From NCBI GenBank assembly GCA_965209155.1, contig OZ242383.1:3232001-3296000 (forward strand): DNA of 64,000 nt, in the 5' to 3' direction. Source of the stretch: a bacterium (GTDB lineage: Bacteria; SAR324; NAC60-12). Below the pieces are notes generated by a model. That model had not been told where the DNA came from. It saw only the letters and a program-made list of their open reading frames with translations, and did no database searches. A program made the translations under genes and the position numbers. Positions 31,467 to 42,220 of the stretch are shown one piece after another. The stretch's first letter is position 1, and every line of letters starts with the position of its first letter.

Positions 31467-34142
31467 GTGGAATTGGTCTTTCTTGCCGTCCTCTTTCTGA
31501 TCATGATGATTGCGCTGAGTTCCGGTTTCCCGGTTGCTTTCTCTTTGCCGGGATCCGCAATACTCTCGATTGGATTGGCAGCATTGTGTGGATACCTGCT
31601 GGAAGGTAACCCCAGCGTTTATTTTGCGGAAGGCGGTCCCGTACAGTGGCTCAATGCCGGAGTGACCAACTTTCGCAGTCTCTACTGGGATGTGGAACGG
31701 GACACTTTGATTGCCATTCCTTTGTTTATATTTATGGGCATCATGCTCCAGCGTTCCAGGGTTGCTGAAGACTTGTTGGTTACCATGGCTCAGTTGTTCG
31801 GTCCTGTACCGGGAGGATTGGGAATTTCCGTGGTTATGGTCGGTGCGCTCCTTGCGGCTACTACTGGCATCGTTGGAGCCACTGTCATTGCGATGGGAAT
31901 GATTTCTCTGCCAGCGATGCTACGCAACAATTACTCCAAATCATTGGCATCCGGTACTATTTGCGCATCGGGAACCTTAGGTCAGATCATTCCTCCCTCG
32001 GTGGTGTTGATTATCCTTGCGGACCAACTGGCCAGTGCAGCCGACCAGGCCAGTACTTCCCGGAAAACTGCTTTTCGAACAGCAACTGGTGAATTTTCAA
32101 TGCCTTCGACTTTGGATATTACCTCCACCAGCGCTGGTGAAATGTTCATGGGTGCCCTGGTGCCAGGCTTGTTACTGGTGGGGTTATACGTCGTCTACAT
32201 CCTCATCATGTCCTTGATTCGGCCCGCGACCGCGCCTCCTGTCCCTTATGAAGGAAAATACGACGGGCAATTCGCCTTTCGAGTGGGTATGGCTTTGGTA
32301 CCTCCCCTGGCATTGATTTTTGCGGTGCTGGGATCCATTATTTTGGGTGTGGCGACGGTCAACCAAGCAGGCGCCATTGGTGCGGTTGGAGCCATGATCA
32401 TGGGAGGATACCGGCTCGCCTCCAAGCAACGCAACACCTATTATCCGGCAATCCTCGCCATTGTTTCGACCATCGCGCTTTTAATCGTTTTGGCATTCTT
32501 TTATTTGAACATCAAGAATATAAAGAGCGTGAACGATATCATCGGAATTTTCCTGGCTTCCGTTGCCGTTCTTGGTTTAGGAATTGCCATCGTTTGGAGC
32601 GGTTGGCGCATATTCAAAACCGACGATACTCTCAATGAGGTGATGATTGAAACCGCCAAAACTACCTCCATGGTTTTCATCATTCTTATAGGTGCCGCCA
32701 TGCTGACTTCCGCTTTTCGCGGTTTTGGTGGAGAGGAGTTGGTCAAGGAATTTCTAGGCGACTTGCCAGGAGGATTCTGGACTCAGTTCATCGTCGTTAT
32801 GATCGTGATTTTTCTCCTCGGTTTTTTTCTCGATTTCATTGAGATTTCGGTGGTGGTGGTGCCCATAGTGGCACCAATTTTATTAGCAGACCCTGCTGCA
32901 AATGTGACCGCAGTATGGTTGGGTGTCATGGTAGGGTTGAATATACAAACTTCCTTCCTCACCCCACCTTTCGGTTTCGCTTTGTTCTATTTACGGGGAG
33001 TGGCGCCAGCAGTGGTGAAAACGCTGCATATCTATCGAGGAGCTGTGCCTTTCATCGGCTTACAATTGCTTGCCCTCGTAATCGTTGGTGCAACTCCCAG
33101 GATGGTGAATTACCTGCCCAATCGTATCAACCTGACTTCAGAAACGGCTCCACCTCCTATGAACCCGCGATTGCAATCTTGTATGGAGAAACAAATTTTT
33201 GCTTATTATGATGAGCAGAAAACATCTCTGAAAAACCAGATCGATACCATGCGTCGCGTCGATACCGGCTTTCTCCCACAAAATTTGCAAGAGCAATTGA
33301 CAGAAAGCCTGGACAAGGCAATGCAAACTTTTACTCGGGTGGCCGAAATTCGGGAGGCAGAAAGTGAACTTGCCGCATTTATACCCCAATACCGCCCCTT
33401 GCATCATCAAGTGCGTGACTTACAATCAGAAATTCGAGAACTGGAAAATGAGATTGAAGATCTGGAACGAAATTTGGTGCGTTTATCTCGAGAAGAACGA
33501 TCCGATAAAGTGACTGCCGATGCGATGAGGCAGAGGATCGAAATGAATCTCGTTAAAACCGGTGAGACCAAGAATAAAATTGCGCAGAAAATACCTGCAG
33601 AATGGGAAGAGGTTCGGCAACGCTTCGTGAAACTGAAAAAAACAGAACAAAAAGCACGCACTGACTATCGAAACAATGTCGATCGTTCGTATGAAACGAT
33701 AGTGGAATTGCTAAAAATCATAACTGCCGTTCCGCAACTCACTGCACTTGAAGGACAACTGGTTGACTTGCGAAAAGTGATTGCCGGTGAATCTCCTGAA
33801 AAAGCGATGGATCGTATTAAGTTGGAAGAAAGAATACTAGGCTCAGTAGCCGGCAGCAACGCAATCAAATCTAAATTGTCAAAAGCCCGCCGCGCACTGA
33901 AAGGGAAAAATCCGGAAACTGAAAAGGCATTGCATTTGCTGAATGAAGGTTTGGAGATTTTCATGAACGAAGTGGAATGGCGGCATCGAGCCTCAATGGA
34001 ATTAGCCCCCGCCTTGCAGACTTACAATAACGCTATCAAGGATTCTTTCGGTCTGCGAATGCAAAGACGACTCTCGGATGAACAAGCGGAGCTAGTCGCC
34101 CGATGTATGGCCTACCATCGCGATATTTCTTTGAATTTCTAA
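31467..34142 (+). CDS. TRAP large permease (DctM) with long C-terminal coiled-coil extension
   Basis: AIPLFIFMG, GTLGQIIPPS, SFLTPPFG; soluble helical tail of roughly 330 aa. Confidence 0.9.
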   Translation: MELVFLAVLFLIMMIALSSGFPVAFSLPGSAILSIGLAALCGYLLEGNPSVYFAEGGPVQWLNAGVTNFRSLYWDVERDTLIAIPLFIFMGIMLQRSRVAEDLLVTMAQLFGPVPGGLGISVVMVGALLAATTGIVGATVIAMGMISLPAMLRNNYSKSLASGTICASGTLGQIIPPSVVLIILADQLASAADQASTSRKTAFRTATGEFSMPSTLDITSTSAGEMFMGALVPGLLLVGLYVVYILIMSLIRPATAPPVPYEGKYDGQFAFRVGMALVPPLALIFAVLGSIILGVATVNQAGAIGAVGAMIMGGYRLASKQRNTYYPAILAIVSTIALLIVLAFFYLNIKNIKSVNDIIGIFLASVAVLGLGIAIVWSGWRIFKTDDTLNEVMIETAKTTSMVFIILIGAAMLTSAFRGFGGEELVKEFLGDLPGGFWTQFIVVMIVIFLLGFFLDFIEISVVVVPIVAPILLADPAANVTAVWLGVMVGLNIQTSFLTPPFGFALFYLRGVAPAVVKTLHIYRGAVPFIGLQLLALVIVGATPRMVNYLPNRINLTSETAPPPMNPRLQSCMEKQIFAYYDEQKTSLKNQIDTMRRVDTGFLPQNLQEQLTESLDKAMQTFTRVAEIREAESELAAFIPQYRPLHHQVRDLQSEIRELENEIEDLERNLVRLSREERSDKVTADAMRQRIEMNLVKTGETKNKIAQKIPAEWEEVRQRFVKLKKTEQKARTDYRNNVDRSYETIVELLKIITAVPQLTALEGQLVDLRKVIAGESPEKAMDRIKLEERILGSVAGSNAIKSKLSKARRALKGKNPETEKALHLLNEGLEIFMNEVEWRHRASMELAPALQTYNNAIKDSFGLRMQRRLSDEQAELVARCMAYHRDISLNF

Positions 34143-34282
34143 GGGAAAAGCTCAGGCCTGTCAGTTATCCTTAAAGATGCGATTGACTTGCGTCTTGTTC
34201 CATGAAACAATTTTTTGTAATGCGTCAGCGTTTTCGTATGACTAATTAACAAAATGCGTATCCACCTGAACCAGGAGAGACG

Positions 34283-37200
34283 ATGAGAGCCACTGAATTC
34301 AATTTCATGGATCGCTACACAGTCTTGGAGGGTAATGTTAACTTAACCGGATTGCAGGCCTTGGTTCGTATTCCCATTGACCAAACCCGCAAAGACTGCA
34401 AAGACGGTATCAAATTGGGAACTTACGTGACCGGATACCAGGGATCGCCTTTGGGATCCATGGACACGCAATTTGGGCGGGTTTCATCTTTGCTGGAAGA
34501 TCATCGCATTTTTTTTCATGCGGAAGTCAACGAAGATATCGCAGCAACCGCCCTCAATGGCACCCAATTACTGGAACTTCTCCCCCACGCCCATTATGAC
34601 GGTGTTCTGGGAATGTGGTTTGGTAAAGGTCCCGGAGTGGACCGCACGGGGGACGCCTTTCGTCATAATAATTTCACGGGGACCAGCAAATATGGTGCCG
34701 TGCTCACCCTTGCCGGTGACGATCCCTCTTGTAAAAGTTCAACCATCCCCAGCGATACCACTCCCAGTTTGTATGACCTTGGCATTCCCGTGCTTTTTCC
34801 GGGAAATCAACAGGAAATCCTTGAATTGGGTTTGAAAGGTATCGGACTATCTCGATACACGGGATTGTGGACGGGCCTCAAGGTGGTCACGGACGTAGCG
34901 GACAGTGGGTCCATTGTGGAAATTTATCCGGAACAAGCCCTGCAACTCATCCCGGCCTTTGAAATCGCTGGCAAACCCTTCCAAAAACTTCAGACGCTGA
35001 AACTGGTTGGAGCCATGAGCCTGGAATCAGAAAGGCAGCTCTTCTATGAGAAAACAGAGGCCGCAAAAGCGTACGTTTATGAGAATGAGATTGATAAAAT
35101 CATCTTACGCACCGCAAACGATCGCATCGGGATCGTTTCATTCGGAAAAAGTTATTACGACTTGAAGGATGCCCTTAACTTGCTGGGACTGGACGATCGA
35201 GCGTTACAGGATATGGGAATCCGACTCTATAAAATGGGTATGATTGCTCCAGTCGAACCCAATCGATTGCGGGAATTCGCGGAAGGTCTGGACGAGATCG
35301 TGATAGTTGAAGAAAAACGCGGATTCACCGAGATGCTGATCCGCAATGAATTGTACTCGCTTCCCCACCCACCCCGGATCTATGGAAAGAGAGACCACCG
35401 GGATCAAGTTATGTTTCATGCGCAGGGTGAATTGAAAGTCAGCGAAATCGTCATGGTTTTGACCCGTTTTCTGGCAGACAGGTATCCCGGGATGGAATTA
35501 TCTTCCAGGGCAGCCAAAATCTCGGAAATCCAGTCTCGCGACTATGAGGACGTTATGCCCAGAATCCCTTATTTTTGTAGCGGATGCCCTCACAGTACTT
35601 CGACGGTCAATCCTGAAGGCGAAATTGGAGGGGCCGGCATTGGTTGCCACGCCATGGCCATTTGGATGGGAAGAGGACTCGAGTTCATCACTCATATGGG
35701 AGGAGAAGGGGCCAACTGGATTGGCCTTTCCAGATTCACTGAGAAAGAACATTTTTTTCAAAACATCGGCGATGGTACGTATTTTCATTCCGGCAGCAAA
35801 GCCATCGAAGCTTGTATCAATGCCGGAGTCAATATCACTTTCAAAATTCTATACAATTCGGCAGTGGCAATGACCGGCGGTCAAAAGGTCTCCGGTGGGC
35901 TGGATCCCACGTCTCTGGCGCGGAAGCTGGAATGGGAAGGGGTGCGCAAAATCACCATAGTTACGGAACTTCCCGAAAAATATCCCCAAAAACAAATCAG
36001 CAAGAAAATCAATGTCGTTCCTAAAGCGCAATATCCTCTTGTTGTTGAAGCAATGAAAGCCGTCAAAGGGGTCAGCGTGCTGATTTACGACCAGCAATGC
36101 GCTGCGGAAAAACGGAGAGATCGTAAACACGGAAGATTGGAAATTCCCCGCAAACGCGTAGTGATCAATGAAGCCGTCTGTGAAGGATGCGGAGACTGTG
36201 GCGTGCAATCAAATTGCCTTTCCGTCATTCCGGTTGAGACGGAATATGGAAGGAAGACACGGATTCACCAGTCTTCCTGCAATTTTGATTATTCTTGTTT
36301 GCAAGGAGATTGTCCGTCATTCATGACAGTGGAACTGGAGGAAGGCGCGGAACGCATTACCAAATCGAGTTCCATTCAAAAAGTGGAAATCAATACGCTG
36401 GCAGCACCAGAAATTCTGGCAGAATACCAAACACCTTATCGCATCCTGATGGTTGGAATTGGAGGTACCGGAGTGGTGACAGCCAGTGCGATCCTGGTGG
36501 CAGCCGCGCACTTGCAGGGAAAATACGCATCCCATCTTGATCAAACCGGACTCGCTCAAAAAGGAGGGGCCGTAACAGCCAATATCAGCATTTCCGAGCA
36601 GCCTTTTGAATCATCTTTCCGTATCCCTTCCGGACAAACCGACTTATTGCTGGCATTCGATTTTCTCGCATCCGTCTCGCCGGACAATCTTGATCGATTG
36701 CACGCCAGTCGTACCATTGCCATCGTCAATTCTCATCAAACCGATACCGCGTTGACCATTACGGATACGACAACACCTTTTCCCAAACATTCTTTTCTAC
36801 AGCATCAATTGAACCGACATACAAAAGCCGGAAGGAATCTTTTTGTGGATGCCAATCGGATTTCAGAAATTTTATTTGCGACGGAGCAATCCAACAATAT
36901 ATTTATGCTTGGAATTGCTTACCAAGAGGGAGTCATTCCGCTCGATGCTCAATACATAGAAGCTGCCATTGAAGGCAATGGAGTTGCCGTAGAACGAAAT
37001 ATCAACGCATTCCGCTGGGGCAGGAAATACGCGATGGATCCCGAGTATGCCCAAACCATTCTCTTTCAGGACGCAACGAAATCCAAATCTGCCAAAGCCG
37101 TTGCCGTGGAGAAACTTCAAAAATATGCGCCAAGCCACTCGGCTGCTATGGAAGTATTAGCTGAGCAGTTTCCCGGAAACAAGGCTTTGCTTGACATCCT

Positions 37201-37867
37201 TTATCCTCGCGTATCGGACTTGATCCTCTATCAGAATCCCGGATATGCTCAACGTTACCTGAACACCGTCAAAGTGGTACACCAAGCGGAAATCAGTCAA
37301 TTATCCGCAGGTATGAACCAATCCGACGAGACGCTATTCACTGCGACCGTGGCCAAATGGCTCTTTAAACTGATGGCTTACAAGGATGAATATGAAGTGG
37401 CTCGTTTGTGGACACAGACCCCTGCAGTGGAAAATGCGAAAAAGGGCTATCAAGGCCATGTCAAAGTCTCCATCCATCTCCATCCTCCCATACTTCGTCA
37501 GTTGGGTTTAAAAAATAAGCTCACTATGGGACCCTGGGTTTTTCCATTCCTGAAAATATTAACCCGTTTCAAATTTTTAAGAGGTTCGTCATGGGATCCA
37601 TTTGGCCGGGCGAAGGTACGCAAAGCGGAATCCGCTCTGATTCCATGGTATGAAAATCTGGTGCGACGACTGCTTGCCGCCTTGACTGTGGAGACGTTGC
37701 AAAATGCCGTCGTTATTGCTTCTCTTCCTGATAATATCCGTGGATACGAAGAGATTAAAATGGAAAGTATCCAAAAAACCCGAAAAGAAGCTGACGAGAA
37801 ATTAAAACGCTTTCTTTTAAGCGGAAATCAGTCGGCAACAACTGAAGAAAAGGAAAGGGTCATCTGA
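34283..37867 (+). CDS. Indolepyruvate ferredoxin oxidoreductase, fused alpha/beta
   Basis: GYQGSP, FCSGCPH, GDGTYFHSG, CEGCGDC, GIGGTGVVT, LMAYKDEYEVAR. Confidence 0.93.
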   Translation: MRATEFNFMDRYTVLEGNVNLTGLQALVRIPIDQTRKDCKDGIKLGTYVTGYQGSPLGSMDTQFGRVSSLLEDHRIFFHAEVNEDIAATALNGTQLLELLPHAHYDGVLGMWFGKGPGVDRTGDAFRHNNFTGTSKYGAVLTLAGDDPSCKSSTIPSDTTPSLYDLGIPVLFPGNQQEILELGLKGIGLSRYTGLWTGLKVVTDVADSGSIVEIYPEQALQLIPAFEIAGKPFQKLQTLKLVGAMSLESERQLFYEKTEAAKAYVYENEIDKIILRTANDRIGIVSFGKSYYDLKDALNLLGLDDRALQDMGIRLYKMGMIAPVEPNRLREFAEGLDEIVIVEEKRGFTEMLIRNELYSLPHPPRIYGKRDHRDQVMFHAQGELKVSEIVMVLTRFLADRYPGMELSSRAAKISEIQSRDYEDVMPRIPYFCSGCPHSTSTVNPEGEIGGAGIGCHAMAIWMGRGLEFITHMGGEGANWIGLSRFTEKEHFFQNIGDGTYFHSGSKAIEACINAGVNITFKILYNSAVAMTGGQKVSGGLDPTSLARKLEWEGVRKITIVTELPEKYPQKQISKKINVVPKAQYPLVVEAMKAVKGVSVLIYDQQCAAEKRRDRKHGRLEIPRKRVVINEAVCEGCGDCGVQSNCLSVIPVETEYGRKTRIHQSSCNFDYSCLQGDCPSFMTVELEEGAERITKSSSIQKVEINTLAAPEILAEYQTPYRILMVGIGGTGVVTASAILVAAAHLQGKYASHLDQTGLAQKGGAVTANISISEQPFESSFRIPSGQTDLLLAFDFLASVSPDNLDRLHASRTIAIVNSHQTDTALTITDTTTPFPKHSFLQHQLNRHTKAGRNLFVDANRISEILFATEQSNNIFMLGIAYQEGVIPLDAQYIEAAIEGNGVAVERNINAFRWGRKYAMDPEYAQTILFQDATKSKSAKAVAVEKLQKYAPSHSAAMEVLAEQFPGNKALLDILYPRVSDLILYQNPGYAQRYLNTVKVVHQAEISQLSAGMNQSDETLFTATVAKWLFKLMAYKDEYEVARLWTQTPAVENAKKGYQGHVKVSIHLHPPILRQLGLKNKLTMGPWVFPFLKILTRFKFLRGSSWDPFGRAKVRKAESALIPWYENLVRRLLAALTVETLQNAVVIASLPDNIRGYEEIKMESIQKTRKEADEKLKRFLLSGNQSATTEEKERVI

Positions 37868-37871
37868 AACG

Positions 37872-37913
37872 AGGATATTCCTGTTATTGAAGATTTATGT
37901 CGAACTCGGGTTA
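37872..37913 (+). repeat. Solo right end of the 43.7-kb TIR miniature element
   Basis: TTATTGAAGATTTATGTCGAACTCGGGTTA identical to 43919-43948. Confidence 0.75.
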
Positions 37914-37935
37914 CTTTCAGATACGTGTCCCCTTG

Positions 37936-38178
37936 TCAAGCAACGGATTGCCAGGTTTTTCCCTGAAAGATAATCTGCGGGTCTTTGGATTTGAGGGGGA
38001 GAGGATGGTTACGGGCTTTCAGAGATACCAGGTACTCCTCTATGGCCATCGGGGCCTGTTGTAAGCAGTCTTCGAGAGAAAAACCGCTGCCTCCAAACCC
38101 ATCCAGATCGGGCGAGGAAAAGCAAAAACGCCCGGTAACTTCGTCTTTTTCAATGATCAAAGTATAGTTCAATTCCAT
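37936..38178 (-). CDS. HicB-like antitoxin (orphan)
   Basis: YTLIIEKD..FSSPDLDG..G.SLEDC..AIEEYL. Confidence 0.75.
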   Translation of the reverse strand: MELNYTLIIEKDEVTGRFCFSSPDLDGFGGSGFSLEDCLQQAPMAIEEYLVSLKARNHPLPLKSKDPQIIFQGKTWQSVA

Positions 38179-38199
38179 TCTGAACTCATTTTACGGTTC

Positions 38200-39267
38200 T
38201 CAGAAGAGCTTTGATATTTGATTGATGGCAGTGCGCTCGTCTTCGGCATCAATAATTGCTTGGTAGGTATAGCCCTTCATGCTATTGGCATATCTCTTAT
38301 CGTAATATTCCTCCAGCATGAACCTGAAGAATTTTTTATATCTTTTGTGCTCCAACCATTTGACTAGTTCCTCCACCTGTTTTTTCCCCAACAAGTGAGT
38401 CAACCTGATCGTTTTCCTGATCAACTGATGGTGATCCTCCGTGGTTTGAGGCAGGTAATCTCTGGCGATTCGTTTCACCCGAGTTTCAATAGAAGCCGTC
38501 AGCAAAATGCGCTTACCGACTTTCATTTTTTCAAACAGAAGGTGAGGGATGGTGACATTTCCGATTCGCCGACTCTCACCTTCAAGAAAAATGGGTAAGT
38601 TCTCTATAAGACTGTCCCAAGCTTCCAACAAACGGGCTTCAAAAGTTCTGGTCGACACAGGCTTTTTACCAATGTCTCCGAAAACGGAACTGCGATGTTG
38701 GGCTAAGTCCTCAAAATCAATGGAATTTTTCAGTTTTTGCAGAATTCTGGTCTTTCCTACGCCAGTCAAACCATGCAAGACATAGAGAGGCGTAGGGAAA
38801 GTGAGGCGCTCCAATCGGGTTATATTCCAGTTTCTGAATCGTTTGTAACCACCTTCCAGGACCATATTGTCATATTGAAGCATGGCAAAAATATTGGCGA
38901 TAATACGAGAACGCATCCCGCCTCGTGCGCAAAATATCAGAAAGGGACGTGAGGCGGGAATCGCTTGTAGAGATTCCAGTATTTCCGGCCAACTGTGCCG
39001 CAATTGGTCATAACCTGCGGCCACAGCTCTTTCTTGCCCGAATGCTCGATAGAGCGTGCCAATTTGGTGATGCTGCGTTTGCGATAGCAGGGGGAAGTTG
39101 ATCGCTCCCGGAATGGTACCTGCAGCGAATTCATCCGGAGTACGTACGTCGATCAACTGGAATGATTTGCGACGTCCCCAAAGTTCTTCAATGGTAACAG
39201 AAGTAACCGGAGTCGTATGAAGATCTTCACGAAATGCTACCCCCTTGACTTTCATTCCGAACATCAT
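38200..39267 (-). CDS. selU: tRNA 2-selenouridine synthase
   Basis: Rhodanese IDVRTPDEF, CARGGMRS, GLTGVGKT, HRSSVFG, EGESRRIG. Confidence 0.9.
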   Translation of the reverse strand: MMFGMKVKGVAFREDLHTTPVTSVTIEELWGRRKSFQLIDVRTPDEFAAGTIPGAINFPLLSQTQHHQIGTLYRAFGQERAVAAGYDQLRHSWPEILESLQAIPASRPFLIFCARGGMRSRIIANIFAMLQYDNMVLEGGYKRFRNWNITRLERLTFPTPLYVLHGLTGVGKTRILQKLKNSIDFEDLAQHRSSVFGDIGKKPVSTRTFEARLLEAWDSLIENLPIFLEGESRRIGNVTIPHLLFEKMKVGKRILLTASIETRVKRIARDYLPQTTEDHHQLIRKTIRLTHLLGKKQVEELVKWLEHKRYKKFFRFMLEEYYDKRYANSMKGYTYQAIIDAEDERTAINQISKLF

Positions 39268-39366
39268 GGTTGGAATCTCCTTCCTCCCCGCTCCCCACTC
39301 TCCAGTGGCGGGGCCGAAACCCCGCCTTTCCTTCTGGCACAGGTCAGTTGTCGATTCGAATGGTAT

Positions 39367-41139
39367 CTAATAACCCATTTCTTGCTTCAGTTCCTGATCA
39401 ATCCAGATGCGGGCGTGCACACGGTGATAGTCGATCACCCCCAACTGATTTTCCCCGTTAAACCCTTTGAGCCAGGGCTGGACCACGACAAACGATGGGC
39501 TGATAGGACCCCAGACAAGCCACGCATTTTCGATCCCATACCAATCGGCCTCTCTCGTCAGCCTCTGCTGCTCCTCAAAGGTGGTTGCGGCTGCAGCGGC
39601 ATCAACGATGGCATCATAATCCGGGTCCATAGTTCCGCCGTAGTTGCAGCAATCGTTCCCAGCCCTCGATGAGTGATTCATTGATATGGGGTTCATATTG
39701 CCCCAGGCAACGCCCTGAATCGCCGTGACCATCCCTTCATAATCACCACTTCTGATTAAACCGAACAGACCGGATCGGTCGACGAGCCTCGTCTCTACTT
39801 CAACGCCAATCTCTCTGAAGTATTGATTGGCAATTTCATAGTAGTTCAAATCGAAGGGGGTGTAGTGGTGGTAGACTGTCTTGAAACCATTGGGATAGCC
39901 CGCTTCCGCCAGCAGTTTCTTCGCCCCTTCGGGATCATACTGATGGTATTGTTTGATCTCTTCGGGCCACTCTGCAAAGGGGATGAAACTCCCCGGGGTT
40001 CTCTGCCACCCCATCGGGGTATACAGCGACGTCCCCTTATAGTAGGTATTGTTGATGGTCTCCAGGTCCAGGGCCATCTGCATCGCCCGGCGCACCCGGA
40101 TGTCATCAAAGGGCGGCTTTTTCAGGTTCAGACCAAGAGAGGTCTCCGACCGATTATACCAATAGGACATCACCAATTCGGGGTTGGTCTTCTGGAGACT
40201 ATCAATCTGGTCACGCGACGCTATTGACCCTTGTTCGTACACACCCGTATAATCAATTTTACGGGAGCGCAGCGCCGCTATAATGGTTGCTTCATCCGGG
40301 AAGATCCTGACAATCACCTCGTCCACATAGGGCAGTTGGTTCTCCGGGTATCTTTCGTCGTGGCCCCAGTAGTCCGGATTCTTGGTATAGTGCAGAGAGC
40401 TGCCCTCGACCCAGTCCGCCATCTCGAAGGGCCCGGTGCCGACCAGGTTCCTCCAATTCTTCACGTCGCCGTGTTCTTTGATGACCTCGGGGGGCATTAT
40501 GCTGGTTACCCAGTGGCTTAATAGCTTAGAGAGCGCATCGAGGTTTGGCTGCTTCAGTTTAAAAACAACTGTCCCATCGTCGGTGGCCGTTACCGAATCC
40601 CAGGGCAAACCGACAAAATCGCCGGCACCTTGCATCGTTTCGGTGAATCCGCTGCCCAGACCCAAGATGCGGTGAAAGTGAAATTCGACGTCCTTGACCG
40701 TCATTTCTCTCCCATTCATCGGTGCCTTATTATGCCAGCGCACGTCTTGGCGAATGTGGAAGATGATCGTAGTGGCGTCGGGTGTCTCCCAGCTTTCGGC
40801 CAGCTGCCCTCTGAGGGGAGCGGCCGCCGAGACGTCTGATGTGTGGTCCCATATATTCTGATCTACTGCCCAGTCTGCGACACCGAGCCTGTCCAGAACA
40901 GCGCTTAGCGGGACTGCCGACGAAGCACTCCCGAACCAGATGTCCGTATGCGGCGGCTCGAACTTCCCGGAGAGGGTGAATGTCCCGCCATATCGTGGGG
41001 CCTGCACCATTTCACCGGTTGCAGGGTCTTGCACCATCTCTTGCGCGATTGCGCCTGAGGGGACGACCCAGCAGACAGCCACCATCAGGATGAGGGTTAA
41101 CAACAATGATTGCATTTTTCTTGTTTTACTTTTTTCCAT
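39367..41139 (-). CDS. ABC transporter substrate-binding protein, family 5 (orphan)
   Basis: LAESWE, VGTGPF, PFDDIRVRRA; start set at MEKSK after GGAGG; paralog of 54354 and 59682. Confidence 0.9.
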   Translation of the reverse strand: MEKSKTRKMQSLLLTLILMVAVCWVVPSGAIAQEMVQDPATGEMVQAPRYGGTFTLSGKFEPPHTDIWFGSASSAVPLSAVLDRLGVADWAVDQNIWDHTSDVSAAAPLRGQLAESWETPDATTIIFHIRQDVRWHNKAPMNGREMTVKDVEFHFHRILGLGSGFTETMQGAGDFVGLPWDSVTATDDGTVVFKLKQPNLDALSKLLSHWVTSIMPPEVIKEHGDVKNWRNLVGTGPFEMADWVEGSSLHYTKNPDYWGHDERYPENQLPYVDEVIVRIFPDEATIIAALRSRKIDYTGVYEQGSIASRDQIDSLQKTNPELVMSYWYNRSETSLGLNLKKPPFDDIRVRRAMQMALDLETINNTYYKGTSLYTPMGWQRTPGSFIPFAEWPEEIKQYHQYDPEGAKKLLAEAGYPNGFKTVYHHYTPFDLNYYEIANQYFREIGVEVETRLVDRSGLFGLIRSGDYEGMVTAIQGVAWGNMNPISMNHSSRAGNDCCNYGGTMDPDYDAIVDAAAAATTFEEQQRLTREADWYGIENAWLVWGPISPSFVVVQPWLKGFNGENQLGVIDYHRVHARIWIDQELKQEMGY

Positions 41140-41626
41140 GGTTCCTCCTTTTTTACTTTGATTTTGCTTTTCATTGGATTTTGAATTTGACTCGTTTCGC
41201 ATTTCATATTTTTCCTTATTCAAGAAGTTAAAACATATGATTGAATTACGTCTTATGGCAGCTACTTTCATTTCTCCTGAGTCACGAATTCCAGTGTCCT
41301 TCCGCTCCCCCACTCCCCGCTTTCACGGGGTCAAGCTCTGCGGAAATGGCAAAGGGTGTCAGTCAGTGATGATGAATTCAATGATTGACAAGAATTCGTT
41401 CCTCTCGAGATCATAAAAAAAATAGGAAAGAGTTAAAAAATAACCGGGGAGGAGGAATTGCTTTCACATGATTTGATTCCCTTCCCTTCTTTCCAAAACT
41501 GATCCAGAAACTATATGCGAAATATATATTTGTCAAGCATTTTCACTTAAATTTTTTTCATTTTTTTGAGTTGAAATGCAGGTTACTGGTATTGTTGAGG
41601 ATTGGTAAGATGTAACGATTCTTTTT

Positions 41627-42213
41627 TAATTAATCTCATTAAACCACCAGCTCTGCTGGTGCGAACCTAATAGGCTTTGCCGGTCAGACATGAGAAACGT
41701 AACCGTGTCCGTTAGCCGTGCTCGTGCTCGTGCTCGTGAACGAAAAAGGCTGCCATGTTAGATCATGAAAAACTCGATGTAAACCAATGTTCCATCGAAT
41801 TTTTAGCGTTATCTGTCCAAGTCATCGAAACATTGCCAAAAGGATACTCAGCCTGAGTTGACCAACTGAAAAGGGCTTCATGGTCGATTCCTCTCAATAT
41901 CGCAGAAGGCTGTGGAAAAAATTCCTTTCCTGACAAGCAACGATTCTATGCATTTGCCCGAGGTTCCGCAATGGAATGCGCTGCTATTCTCGATGTTTTA
42001 AACGTGTTGAAGATCATCCAGCCTCCTTTATTTGACGAAGGGAAACAGTTACTTCATCGCATTGTTTCTATGTTAACCAAAATGTGCAGTCGAATTCACT
42101 GACCGTTCACGAGCACGAGCACGGCTAACGGACACGGATACGTTTCTCATGTCTGACCGGCAAAGCCTATTAGGTTCGCACCAGCAGAGCTGGTGGTTTA
42201 CTGAGATTAATTA
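41627..42213. mobile_element. Rearranged copy 3 of the element, with two inverted left ends and no right end
   Basis: Left-end sequence at 41627 and its reverse complement ending at 42213. Confidence 0.85.
41755..42102 (+). pseudogene. Four-helix-bundle gene with premature stop
   Basis: TTA>TGA at codon 34 (41854); otherwise matches the other copies. Confidence 0.88.
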
Positions 42214-42220
42214 TTGAATT

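Noticed and set aside
41854..41856. TGA as selenocysteine (selU is present)
   Set aside because: The position is Leu (TTA) in the other four copies, so it is a nonsense change
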